Source of the DNA: Heptranchias perlo
Lineage: Eukaryota
NCBI RefSeq assembly: GCF_035084215.1
Contig: NW_027139442.1
Span: 5,146,001-5,210,000 of the forward strand
Reading direction: 5' to 3'
Length of the DNA: 64,000 bases
Shown: positions 1 to 12,919 of the stretch, in pieces
How the letters are laid out: the number at the start of each line of letters is the position of its first letter
Position numbering within the stretch: position 1 is the stretch's first letter
The notes under the pieces: generated by a model
What the model was told of the DNA's origin: nothing
What the model saw: the letters and a program-made list of their open reading frames with translations, nothing else
Databases searched by the model: none
Made by a program: the position numbers and the translations under genes

Positions 1-650
1 TTGGTACAGACTGAGCTACACGTTACACACAAGTCCAAAAACCTCATAAATGATCAGACTGGAAGATGTAGTTTCAATTCTATTATCACAGACTGAGACA
101 CAGATTACATGGCAGTCCAACAATCTCATAAATGATGACTGGAAGATACAGTATCAATTCTATTCGCACAGACTGAACTACACATTACATATCAGTCCGA
201 AAATCTCATACAATATTAGGCTGAAAGATACAGTATCAATTTCATTAGTGCAGACTGAACCACACATGATATAGCAGTCCAAGAATCTCAAAGAGTATCA
301 GACTCAAAGATACAATATCAATTCCATTAGCACAGACTGAGGTACATGTGACACACCAGTCCAAAAATCTCATAGAATATCACATTGAAAGATTCAGTAT
401 CACTTCCATTAGTGCAGACTGAGCTACATCTCACATTCCAGGCCAAAAATCTCATACAGTATCAGACTGATAGAGACAGTATCCACTCCTTTAGTGCAGG
501 ATGAGCTACATATTGCATGCCAGTTCAAAAATCTCATAGTGTTCGACTCAGATACAGAATTAATTCCATCAGTGCAGACTGAGCTGCACACTACATACCA
601 GTCCAATAATTTCACTGTGAACAGATTGAAAGGTACATTATCATTCACAA
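1..650 (+). repeat. 82-bp satellite array (consensus ~CCAGTCCAAAAATCTCATACAGTATCAGACTGAAAGATACAGTATCAATTCCATTAGTGCAGACTGAGCTACACATTACATA)
   Basis: AGACTGA(G/A) anchor recurs at 8, 90, 170, 252, 334 and 416 (period 80-82 bp); copies are degenerate. Confidence 0.85.
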
Positions 651-779
651 TAGAGTTCAGAGATTAAGATGTGATCCCACTCCAAAACTCACACATGTTG
701 TTTGATTGAAGAAAATTAATATTTACAGATTAAATACACGATGAAGAACTATATCATTTAAAGTGTTAAAGATACAGTT

Positions 780-1300
780 TCAAATACAATGCTGTAAACT
801 GAAATAAGAATACAGAATGAATCCAGACTTGCACATTGTCTCAGAGACTGAATTACAGAATGAATCCCAAACTGAGATAAAGCAGCAGAGAATGGCAGAT
901 ACAGAATGTATCCCACACTCAGATACAACACCAGAGATTGACAGATACAGAATGTATCCCACACTCAGATACAACACCAGAGATTGACAGTTGCAGAGTT
1001 AATTCCACACTCACACATAGTACCAGAGACTGACTGATACAGAATGAACCCATCACTTATATGCAGTACCTGAAACTGACAGATGCAGAATATACCCCAT
1101 GCTCACACTCAAAAACAGAGTCTGACAGATACAGAATGAATCCCAACGTACCAGAGACTGACAGATACAGAATGAACCCATCACTTATATATACTACCTG
1201 AAACTGACAGATGCAGAATATACCCCATGCTCACACTCAATAACAGAGTCTGACAGATACAGAATAAACCCCACCAGACACAGTACCAGAGACTGACCTC
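780..1300 (+). repeat. 46-bp satellite array (CAGTACCAGAGACTGACAGATACAGAATGAATCCCACACTCACACA)
   Basis: Tandem degenerate copies of the 46-mer. Confidence 0.85.
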
Positions 1301-1564
1301 TACTGGACGTAAGCGAGAACTGTAAAAGAGCGGAACAAATTCACATTTCCTGTCGTGGGAACAGAAACAGGACAATGTGCAATGTGAGGAAAGTTTCTGT
1401 CTGTAACTTTTATTCTCGTATTTTTGCACATTTTGATAGTGAAAAATGAAGTCAATTGATTCATAATATTTTTTTTGTTTTACTCATTCGATAGTTGTGA
1501 ATTTGACCCATTATTTTTCACTTACATTGCGCAGTATTTCTCTCTAATTTCTCAGGATGATTTA

Positions 1565-1720
1565 CATTGCTCCTCTGTCCCGTTTAGACTCTTAATTTCC
1601 AAGCAGTATGTGGCCTCCTTAATCCCCTTGGCAAAATGCACCAGCTCACACCTTTCTATATTGAAATTCAATGGCCATTTACACGGCCGTTCTGCAAGCT
1701 GATTTTGTCGTAGTCTTCCT
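1565..1720 (-). mobile_element. short CR1-type LINE ORF2 fragment
   Basis: Resembles the post-RT region (..NFNIEKCE.VHF..GNKEATY..NKSLNG.EEQ); same piece at ~20405-20550, ~36240-36395 and ~58445-58605. Confidence 0.65.
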
Positions 1721-1799
1721 CGATATAGACAATAATACCCGAAATTAATTACAAGAATTTATAACAGCGTTGCAAGTAGTGTTTGGTCCAACAGCTCGT

Positions 1800-2015
1800 C
1801 TCCATTCCCAGTTTTTCTAAATCCCACTCGTGCAATATAATGTGAAGAATGAGTTGATCTTCTGTCCCTCTCTCATCTGCAAACTTCAATGATCCGGGAT
1901 TTGGGGACATCTACTGGCCGGAAGCAGAACTGCAACAGTTCGGAACAAATTGCTGAAACCGGACAATGTGCAGTGTGAGCGTGTTTGTGATTGGTGCCAG
2001 TTACTAAATCTGATT
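1800..2015 (+). promoter_or_regulatory. truncated copy of the H2B upstream region with no gene
   Basis: Near-identical to 6885-7095 upstream of H2B; breaks off at CTGATT|TTTTT inside the second CCAAT box. Confidence 0.75.
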
Positions 2016-2899
2016 TTTTTTCTACCTGCCCTGTTTGTGATTGAACAGTAAACAGAGCCGGACAGTAAGGATGTGGGGAGTTATACAAAGAGCATCTATT
2101 GCAGGCATCATGTGAGAAATATGAAGGACACATTTTAAACAGCGGCTCTGTGGTTTTGGTTGAACTGTTAGCCCCATCGGAGAGGGGATTAGAAGCCTGA
2201 CCTGTGCAAGGTCCCCGCCCCATCGGGTCGTCCCATTCATGGATCAGCGAAGGTGTTGGATTGTGTCTGGATGTCACTAAATTGTTGTAAAACAGCCCAA
2301 CACACCTGGTATACAGAAGCTGAGTGCTGCAGTACTGCAGTAGAGTCAGACACTGACACTGTTTGTATCACTGGTTTTCATTTGTGGATATTACAATGAT
2401 TATTAACAGAGAGATTCAATTGATCACTTTTGTATTTTCTACCTCACCTGTTCTTGAGTTACAAGACTTAATTTCTCTTTCTACAGGCAAATACTTGAAG
2501 GACCCAGAATCAGTGTGATGTTTCCTCCGCAAGGAACAGTGCAGCCAGCTCCTTCTCACACACAGTATGTACATTATCACTCAGAGCACAGAGACACAGA
2601 CAAGTCATCAGTTCCACAGTCTCACACAGCAGAAATAGTCAATCCCACACTGATCCCAATCCAACAGTCAAACAGAGCAGGAGATACAGATGGAATTTCC
2701 ATTTCTAAACAAATCAGTACCGCTGACCGGCAGATAAATAATTCCCAGTCCAAAATCACACCCAGTATCAGATAGAAAGGCTCTGTTTTAATCTCACATT
2801 AGTTCAGCCTTAGCTACAAATTAAATACCAGTTAGAACTGACACATGGGACCGATTGATAGATACAGAATGAATCACAATAGTGTACCCCGAGATTCAA

Positions 2900-4130
2900 A
2901 TTAAATACCAGCCCACAACTCACACACATTATGAGTTTAAAGATGCAGTATTCATGCCAATAGTGTACACTGAGATACAAATTAGATACCAGTTCAGATG
3001 TTACCCATATTTGACTCACATATATGTCCACAAACTTCATAGTGTCAGAATGAAATGTACAGTGTCAATTCCTTTACTGCAGACTGAGGTACACATTAGA
3101 TACCAGTCCAAAATTCTCATACAGTATCAGATTGAAAGATACAATATCAATTCCATTAATACAGATTGAGCTGCTCATTATATACCAGTGCAAAATTCAC
3201 ATGCAGTATCGTACTGAAATATACAGTTTCAATTCCTTTACTGCAGACTGAGGTACACAGTAGATGCCAGTCCAAAAATCACATTCAGTGTCAGACTGAA
3301 AGACACAGTTTCGATTTGACTCGTATAGACTGACCCACACGTTACATGCCAGTATACAAATCTCACACAGTATCAGACTGAAAGATACATTATCAATCCC
3401 ATTAGTGCAGACTGAGCGACACATCATATACTGGTCTAAAAATCTCAGTGACAGGTTGAAAGATACAGTATTAATTCCAACAGTGCAGATTGAGCGACAC
3501 ATGATATATGGTCCAAAATTCGAATACAGTATCGTAATGAAAGATACAGTATCAATTTCATTACTGCAGACTGAGGTACACATTTGTTACCAGTCCAAAA
3601 TTCTCATACAGTATTAGATTGAAAGATGCATTATCAATTCCATTAGTGCAGACTGAACTACACATTACATACAGTCCAAAAATCACATTCAGGGTCATGC
3701 TGAAAGATACAGTATCAATCCCAGTATTGCAGACTGAGCCACACCTTACAAACCAATGTAAATATATTACACGTTATTAGACTGAAAGGCACAGTACGAA
3801 TTCCATTAGTACAGACCCAGCTACATATTGTATGCAGTCCAAAATTCGTATATACATATTATCATATTGAAACATACAGTCTGAATCCTATTAGTGTAGA
3901 CAAAGCTACACATTGCAAACGATTCCAATAATTACTTCAAACTCATGCTGAAAGGTATGGCATCAATTCCATTATTGCGGACTGAGTTATTCCTGACATA
4001 CCAGTCCAAATATAGCACAAAGTGTCAGGCTGAAAGATAAAGTATCAATTCCATTAGCGCAGACTGAGCTACACAATAAATACCAGATCAATAATTTCAC
4101 GGTAATATATTGAAATATACATTATCATTT
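2900..4130 (+). repeat. 82-bp satellite array
   Basis: Tandem copies of the same unit as 1-650. Confidence 0.85.
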
Positions 4131-4279
4131 ACAATAGTCTTTCAAGAGATTAAGATGTAATCCTACACCAAACCTCACACATCGTTTGATTGAAACAAAA
4201 TACAGAAGTGTATCCATATTTAAAAAATAATGCTAGACAAAGGACCGTGCAAACATTAATGAATTAAAGATACAGTTTC

Positions 4280-4830
4280 AAGTAACATGCTGTATCCTGA
4301 AATAAGAATACAGAACGAATCCAGACTTGCACTTTGTCCCAGAGACTGAGTTACAGAATGAATCCCACACTGAGATAAAATTCCAGAGATTTCCAGTCAC
4401 AGAATGAATCCCACACTCACAGGTGGCTCCAGAGACTGACAGATACAGAATGAATCGCACACTCACAGACAGTACCAGAGACTGACAGATACAGAATGAA
4501 TCCCACACTCACAGACAGCACCAGAGACTGACAGATACAGAATGAATCACACACTCACACACAGTACCAGAGACTGACAAATTCAGTATTAATCCCACAC
4601 TCACACAAAGTACCAGAGACTGACAGGTTCAGAATGAATCCCACACTCACACAAAGTACCAGAGACTGACAGGTTCAGAATGAATCCCACACTCACACAA
4701 AGTACCAGAGACTGACAGATACAGAATGAATCCCACACTCACATACAGTACCAGAGAATGACAGATAGAGAATTAATCTCACACTCACAGACAGTACTGG
4801 AGGCTGACAGATACAGAATGAATATACAGT
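4280..4830 (+). repeat. 46-bp satellite array
   Basis: About 11 tandem copies of GAGACTGACAGATACAGAATGAATCCCACACTCAC. Confidence 0.9.
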
Positions 4831-5214
4831 CTGACATCGACTGGCCGTAAGCGAGAACTCTAACAGAGTGGAACAAATTCACATTGTCTGTCGTTACAGA
4901 AACAGGACAAAGTGCAATGTGAGGAAATAGTTTCTCTCTGTAACTTCCACTCTGTTTTTTAAAAATATTTTGACAGTGAAAAAATAAGACAACTGACTCA
5001 TAATAAAGTTTTTGTTTTGTTGATTCAAAAGTTGTGAATTTGCCCCATTATATTTCACTGTACATTGCGCAATATTTCTGTCTGATTTCTCAGGACATGA
5101 ATTAGATTAATTCAAATAAATCGAACTAAAACACAAATAAAAACTGAGCACAAAGCTGGAACTTTTAATGGCGACCGTCAAAAGTGAAAGGGATGAAAGG
5201 GAGAGAAAAAAATA

Positions 5215-5315
5215 CCAAAAATGCTGGAAAGACTCAGCAGGTCCGGCAGCATATGTGGAGAAGGGAAGCTCGGGTTAACGGTTCAGGACTATGACCCTTC
5301 AATAGATCAGAAAGG
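5215..5315 (-). mobile_element. Penelope-like element terminal relic with a degenerate hammerhead motif
   Basis: AAATGCTGGAAAGACTCAGCAGGTCCGGCAGCAT...GTTAACGGTTCAGG..TGACCCTTC resembles PLE ends as I recall them from chondrichthyans; the minus strand has CTGA..GAAGGGTC..CCTGAAC with a disrupted core. Copies at ~32680-32775 and ~54650-54750. Confidence 0.5.
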
Positions 5316-5879
5316 TTAATCCGACATAATTTAAATAAGGGACGGGATTCAGCAGAGAGAAAAAGCTTCAGAAAATCTATTAATTTCACTGAATCCGGGC
5401 AATTGTTTCCCGTATCCACTGTACAGATCAGTGTAAATAATAATACAAAGGGAAAGAGTTAAATTCAAAGTTATGGGGGAAATAAATGACCTTTAAAAGT
5501 TTTTTTAAAATATAAATAAGACCCGTTTGTGTTTTCGAAACACTATCCCTCTGAACATCATCAAATTCGGTTCCAGTCTTGGTGATTCTGAATTCAGCGT
5601 GCTGGGATTCAAACCTGTTGGAATTAACTGTTTGGAAGGCAGCTCTGCTCACCATTATAGCGCCTTATTTCACTAGGAGGGAAAAATCGTGTGTTTCTGT
5701 GGAGTTTGGGTTTGGGTTTTCTGGTACTTTAATCATAGACAATAAATAGTTTCCAAACATCAGCCCCTGAACAGACACAAAAAGCTGGTAGAATTTCTCA
5801 TTCATAGATATTAAATAAGAGGATGGCAAAAGCGAATAGGAAGAGGTTAGGAAGAAGTCACAAAAACAATTAGGGAAGA

Positions 5880-6810
5880 AAACAGCAACTACGAAATCAA
5901 ATTATCAAGGAATATAAAAAGAAATAGTAAATTATTCCACAGACACAAAAATAACAAAAGGAAAACCAGAATAGTTTGAGTGCCACTAAGGGATGCACAA
6001 GATAAACTCACAGGTAATGTCAGCGAAATGGCAGAAATATTGAATTGTTACTTTGCCTCAGTATTTACCAGGGAGATTAACAGGGTAAATATGATATAGA
6101 GGAAGAGGTAAATAAAGATATCAAAACATTTAAGTTAGAAAGGGTGGTTAAACTGGTCCAGATGGATTGCATCCGCACATATTAAATGAAGCAAGGGAAG
6201 AGATAGCAGAGGCACTGTTACATATATAGAAAAAAAATCATCACAAAAACGAATAGTGCCAAAGGGCAGGATGATAGTTAATGTGATTCATATATTTTGA
6301 AACAGGAGATAGAACAAGTCCAGGGAACTATAGGCCAGTTAACAAAAGGTCGGTGGTAGGAATGATCATGGAATCTTTTACTCAATGAAGCAATCGAAAA
6401 ACATCTGGAAACCGAAAATATAATAAAGAATAGTCAGCACGGATTTCAGAAAGGGAGGGTTTAACAGCTTGACAGAGGGTTTGAAAGTTTAAATTACAGT
6501 TCAACATAACTTATCTGCTTTTCAATTCTATTCCTCTAGAAATAAACCCCAGTGCTGTGTTTGCTTTCTGTGGCCTCATCAACCTGTGTTGCTACTTTTA
6601 ATTATTTGTCAATCTGTACCCCGAAATCCCTTCGCTCTTCTACCACATTTAGACTCTTATTTTCCAAGCAGTATGAGGCCTCCTTATTCCCCCGAGCAAA
6701 ATGCACCATCTCACACCTTTCTATATTGAAATTCAATGGCCATTTACACCGCCTTTCATCAAGCTTATTAAAGTCTTCTTGTATTTTGTTGGATTCTTCG
6801 ACAGTATAGA
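5880..6810. mobile_element. rearranged, decayed CR1-type LINE ORF2 fragments (5880-6460 +, 6500-6810 -)
   Basis: Plus strand gives ..EMAEILNCYFASVFTRE.. and ..NSQHGFQKG..; minus strand gives ..NFNIEKCEMVHF..; many stops and frameshifts. Confidence 0.7.
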
Positions 6811-7064
6811 CTATACACCCTAAATTAATTGCAAGAATTTAATGCAGCATGCAACCAACATTTGGTCCAACCAAATGTTTCCAATTCCCAGTTTTTCTAA
6901 ATCCCACTCGTGCAACATAATGTGAAGAATGAGTTTATCTTCTGTCCCTCTCTCATCTGCAAACTTCAATGTCCCGGGGTTTGGGGACATCTACTGGCCG
7001 GAAGCAGAACTGCAACAGTTCGGAACAAATTGCTCAAACCGGACAATGTGCAGTGTGAGCGAGT

Positions 7065-7225
7065 TTGTGATTGGTGCCAGGTATTAAATCTGATTGGTTT
7101 CTTCAGATATCCAATCAGAGATTGAATGGAAAAGGTGACGTTGTATCACTCCGAATGACCCAATCACAATCAATGCCTTCCTCCATCCCTCATTAGCATA
7201 GGGCTGTGGGGCTGCCTATTTAATC
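7065..7225 (+). promoter_or_regulatory. H2B promoter: CCAAT boxes, octamer variant ATTAGCAT (7192-7199), TATA-like TATTTAA (7217-7223)
   Basis: Motifs in the canonical vertebrate H2B order upstream of ATG 7277. Confidence 0.8.
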
Positions 7226-7276
7226 CGAGTTAGGAGCGGATTTGGGTCATTCCTGGGTCTGAAATTGAGTTTGAAA

Positions 7277-7651
7277 ATGCCTGAGGACAAGAAAGCAGCT
7301 CCCAAGAAGGGCGCCAAGAAAACCTTGAGTAAAGCACCAGCCAAGGGCGGCAAGAAGCGCAGAAAGTCGAGGAAGGAGAGTTACTCCATCTACGTCTACA
7401 AAGTGATGAAGCAGGTTCACCCCGACACCGGCATCTCCTCCAAGGCCATGAGCATCATGAACTCCTTTGTGAACGATATTTTCGAGCGCATCGCGGGTGA
7501 GGCTTCCCGCCTGGCCCATTACAACAAGCGGGCGACCATCAGCTCCCGGGAGATCCAGACCGCCGTGCGCCTGCTGCTGCCCGGGGAACTGGCCAAGCAC
7601 GCCGTATCGGAAGGGACGAAGGCGGTGACCAAGTACACCAGCTCCAAGTAA
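7277..7651 (+). CDS. H2B: histone H2B (124 aa)
   Basis: [11 protein letters not shown]...[26 protein letters not shown]...AVTKYTSSK; true ATG at 7277. Confidence 0.98.
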   Translation: MPEDKKAAPKKGAKKTLSKAPAKGGKKRRKSRKESYSIYVYKVMKQVHPDTGISSKAMSIMNSFVNDIFERIAGEASRLAHYNKRATISSREIQTAVRLLLPGELAKHAVSEGTKAVTKYTSSK

Positions 7652-7685
7652 AACTCCACAATGCACTGAAAAAAATGAACACAAA

Positions 7686-7701
7686 GGCTCTTTTAAGAGC
7701 C
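7686..7701 (+). terminator. histone 3' stem-loop (H2B) with downstream HDE
   Basis: GGCTCTTTTAAGAGCC-ACCCA, then purine-rich GAAGACGCTG about 15 nt downstream. Confidence 0.95.
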
Positions 7702-8429
7702 ACCCACAGTCTCTCTGAAGACGCTGTAACGACCCCTCTGTGTAGAATCATTTTACTGTAGAATGTTTGATACTGTTTTTCGATAACTCTTGTGCTTTTC
7801 TAATTTCTCTTGAAAACGAGTAGATTCTCATCATCACTGCCGGTTATAATCTGTGTGTTGCTTTTTTTATTTAGTCCCAATAACCAAAAACGTGTCACTG
7901 ATCCTCTCGTTCTCGTTCATATTCCGACCCTTCCCCCGCTACTGCCCATTAAGAGCCGTTTTAAGGGGGTGGATTAGACTTCAGTCATTTCTTTCTCCTT
8001 TTCACGTTTGTTTGTTCATTATTCGGGAATATCGCTATCAGAACCGCAATCCTTTGTAAAGCAACAGCCTTGAAAGAGACTTCACACCGAGTACAGAACA
8101 GTCTAAAGGATCTGTTACTGTTCGACTCCTGACACCAGGAGTCCCGGCTCCGGTTTCGATCGCGATGCAGCTCCTGCGAACAGGGATCAATCCACAATCT
8201 GTCGTTTGTTCCTTTCACAAAGATTGAGCTGGAATCTGTCTCGTTACAAAATGGGTCTTTATTCCCGCCCGATTGAAAATGAACGGTTAATGAAGCCGGA
8301 TTTTAACCGGAATGTATAAGGTTCTGGAAGTTGTGACGGGAAATGTGGAACAACAGAGTAAAAGGAGAGAGATATTTAAATTTTTGTCTTTCGCGACATT
8401 ATTTACTAAATCCGATTCTAGTGTTACAG

Positions 8430-9064
<635 letters not shown>

Positions 9065-9094
9065 AGCGGCCAAGATTTAACCTGATAACCCAAA

Positions 9095-9110
9095 GGCTCT
9101 TTTCAGAGCC
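9095..9110 (+). terminator. histone 3' stem-loop (H2A)
   Basis: GGCTCTTTTCAGAGCC-ACCCA; HDE GAAAGGGCTG at 9126-9135. Confidence 0.95.
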
Positions 9111-9661
9111 ACCCACGGTATCTATGAAAGGGCTGGTCACTGTCTGTGGGCTCAGGAATTAACTTCAAAAGGACTTGATTCCGATTCGAGAAACTAACAA
9201 TAACTTGTTATGCACAAATCATCCATATCGGTCTGTTGCAGTAATCGCTTCCGGACCGCAGATGTCGCCAACCTCCAATCGATTATAATTTGCAGTTTGT
9301 CTGGTGAATGAGACAAAATACCAGAACCGTTAGAATTGCCAACTGGGCGGGTGGGATACAGAAATACCAGGGACGCTGAATATTATTTACCGTCCCATCC
9401 TCGGACAACACTGGCTCAGTCTGTGTTATTTTACCCAGATTTGTACAACGGATGCTGACTGATGTGCTGTTATTGTATCAGCGATTACTGAATTAAGAAT
9501 GTGAGTGAAATTTGTGTTTGGATGTGAGTGAGGTATCTATTCTGTCCCTGTCCGTCTGATATCTGCTCCCTCCCCTTTATACATTTCCCATTTAAGCAAA
9601 TTTCTCACGACCCTGCCATTTCAACCCAGGAGATCACAGCTCTTTCCATCGCCGATTTGGT

Positions 9662-9677
9662 GGCTCTGAAAAGAGCC
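9662..9677 (-). terminator. histone 3' stem-loop (H3)
   Basis: Minus strand GGCTCTTTTCAGAGCC-ACCAA; HDE GAAAGAGCTG. Confidence 0.95.
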
Positions 9678-9710
9678 TTTGTTGAACTTGGTGCTGAAGC
9701 CGGGTCGGGT

Positions 9711-10304
<594 letters not shown>

Positions 10305-10972
10305 TCAGTCAGACCAAAACGGCGGGAGGTATTGGGTCCAAATTGGCTGAGCTGAAATTAATCTTCAATTTCAAAAAGCCCGCCAATTTCAGAGCATCAA
10401 ATAAGTTTCAAGAAAATTTAATTTCCCTCCAGCAATTTAAGAATCCCTCTCTTCATAATCTCCATTATTTCCTTCTCCTCAGCTCAAATCTCAGGCTGTT
10501 TCACATTCCGATTCATTCTCTGATCTGTCTGTAAACGGGCGGGAATAAATTCTCGGTCATTGCTTTACGTAACGGGACAAAGTCCAGCTTCAATTTCAAA
10601 AATCCCGCCAGTTCCAGCCCGGTAAACCGCTCCTCAAACAGAAACTTCACATCGAACTGATAATTGAATGAGGGCAGGAAATAAAGACCGAGCAGAGAGG
10701 ACAGAGGGAGTGAGGAGGGATTTTAATTTGAGCGGAGAATGTAATGTCTGGGGAAAGACTCTGTATCACCGCCTGTTCATTTATACCGTGAAACCGGGAA
10801 TTCCGCTCCTTCTCTCGGGATGGCCGAGAACCCCGGCCGTTGTTTCTGATCTCCCTGTACCGAGTGTTGGGGAATCTCCCCATACTAATTAAATATCAGA
10901 AACTGATTCCCCACCCCGAGAACTTTCCTCTCCCCGTTCCCAGGTCACTGCTCTCTCTGTGAGGCGGTGGGT

Positions 10973-10988
10973 GGCTCTTAGAAGAGCC
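10973..10988 (-). terminator. histone 3' stem-loop (H4)
   Basis: Minus strand GGCTCTTCTAAGAGCC-ACCCA; HDE AGAGAGAGC. Confidence 0.95.
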
Positions 10989-11023
10989 TTTGTTTTGTTT
11001 CCGGTTTGAAAGGGTCGAATTGT

Positions 11024-11344
<321 letters not shown>

Positions 11345-11429
11345 TCACTCAAATCGCTGCTGAATGAACAGCAAACTGATGTTGGTTCCGTTTTTATGCA
11401 GCCTGCCCTGACCTGACTGAAACACACAC

Positions 11430-11525
11430 AGGGTGAGAGAGGGAGGGGAGGAGATAGAGATAAATATTAAACAGGGAGGGGAGGAGACAGAGTGTGATAT
11501 TAAACAGGGAGGGGAGGAGACAGTC
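11430..11525. repeat. three ~33-bp purine/pyrimidine-biased repeats in the H4 promoter
   Basis: CAGGGAGGGGAGGAGA(C/T)AGAG..ATATTAAA x3; also present at ~44265-44355. Confidence 0.7.
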
Positions 11526-12181
11526 AGAGTGACGGACAGAGCGGAGAGCGGCCTCTGATCTTCCAGCTCCACCTCCAGCTTTCTCCACCCGCCAATTTCA
11601 AACCGTTTATCGATAATAGAACCGAAACACAGCGCTCCGCACAAACCCTTACAGACTCGGGCTTCATAGAATCCCGGAGCTTTTCAATAAGCCCCATTAC
11701 AATTAACAGTCAGCAATATTCCTGCCAAAATACAGTCCCTTCCATAACAAGTCAACCCGCCTCCTTCCATTTCAGTCCCAGACCCGATTCTATCTCCCCG
11801 CACATTCCCTCCCAGACGGGTTCAGCAGTTTATAAACACTTTATTCCAGCTGATTTGAAGAATCTCATGTGTTGGGGTTTGAATTGTGATAGCGGCGGTT
11901 CTCCGCCAGTTTTCCCCTGTCACGGACTCTCGCCCTGAATCTGGGAGAAAAAATGAACTGGGACTGGAGCCGAACACACGCCAGTTCCAGTGAGGCCCGG
12001 CCCGGATATCCCATTCTCTCTATTTTATTACAGACATTGGGGGTCGGGCGGGGATAGCGAATGTCAGCGAGTCACCAGGACCCTGGGTTTATTTTCAATG
12101 ATTTCCATCTGAAATCTGAGCCCGGCCCCGGGACAGGAATCATCTGATTCCGGGATCAGCTCTTTTCTGAGAGACGTGGGT

Positions 12182-12197
12182 GGCTCTGAGAAGAGCC
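12182..12197 (-). terminator. histone 3' stem-loop (H1)
   Basis: Minus strand GGCTCTTCTCAGAGCC-ACCCA; HDE GAAAAGAGCTG. Confidence 0.95.
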
Positions 12198-12233
12198 GTT
12201 GGGTTCAGATGGTCACAAGTTGCACTTGATTTT

Positions 12234-12848
12234 TTACCTCTTTTTGCCCGCTGCTTTCTTTGGCTTTGCTGACCTCGGCTTGGGCTTGGCCCTCGGTTTT
12301 TCCACCTTCTTCGCCTTCGCCTTCACTGGCTTGGGGGTCTTGGGCATCTTAGCCGCCGGTTTCTTCTTAATTGGTGATTTCGCCGCCTTTTTCGTGGTCG
12401 ATTTCTTGACCGCTGGTTTCTTGGCCGTTAATTTCTTGAGGGCTGTTTTTTTGGCCGCTGGTTTCTTTCCGGGAGATTTCTTGGTCACTTGTTTCTTCAC
12501 CTTCTTTCCCACTTTTGCCTGGGTTTCCTTCTTAGCGACTCTGAAGGAGCCCGAGGCGCCCGTGCCCTTGATCTGCACCAGGGAGCCTTTTTCCACATTT
12601 CTCTTGATACTTAATTTGATCTGGGACCGGTGCTTCTCCACATCCAGGCCTTTGGCAGCCAGAACCTTCTTTATCGCGGCCAGGGATATCCCCTTGCGAT
12701 CCTTGCAATCCCCCACAATCTTGAGGATCTGTTCGCCCAACGGGGGACCGGTGGTCTTGGGTCGGGGAACCGCCTTCTTCTTCTTCGGAGCCTTGGGTGG
12801 AGCGGCGGCGGCAGGAGGAGCCGTTTCGGCGGCTGCAGTGTCTGTCAT
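12234..12848 (-). CDS. H1: linker histone H1 (204 aa, divergent globular domain)
   Basis: MTDTAAAETAPP..., globular domain PPLGEQILKIV...KGTGASGSFRV, K/A/P-rich tail; ATG at 12848. Confidence 0.96.
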   Translation of the reverse strand: MTDTAAAETAPPAAAAPPKAPKKKKAVPRPKTTGPPLGEQILKIVGDCKDRKGISLAAIKKVLAAKGLDVEKHRSQIKLSIKRNVEKGSLVQIKGTGASGSFRVAKKETQAKVGKKVKKQVTKKSPGKKPAAKKTALKKLTAKKPAVKKSTTKKAAKSPIKKKPAAKMPKTPKPVKAKAKKVEKPRAKPKPRSAKPKKAAGKKR

Positions 12849-12919
12849 GTCCGGGACTCTGTCGAAAATCTCTCTGACAGTCAGAGCTGGGTCAGAAATG
12901 AAACGAGAGGCGGCGGCAC

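Noticed and set aside
2327-2340. 14-bp perfect palindrome CTGCAGTACTGCAG in several spacer copies
   Set aside because: Recurrence follows from segmental duplication and it is mutated in the ~57810 copy; no evidence of function.
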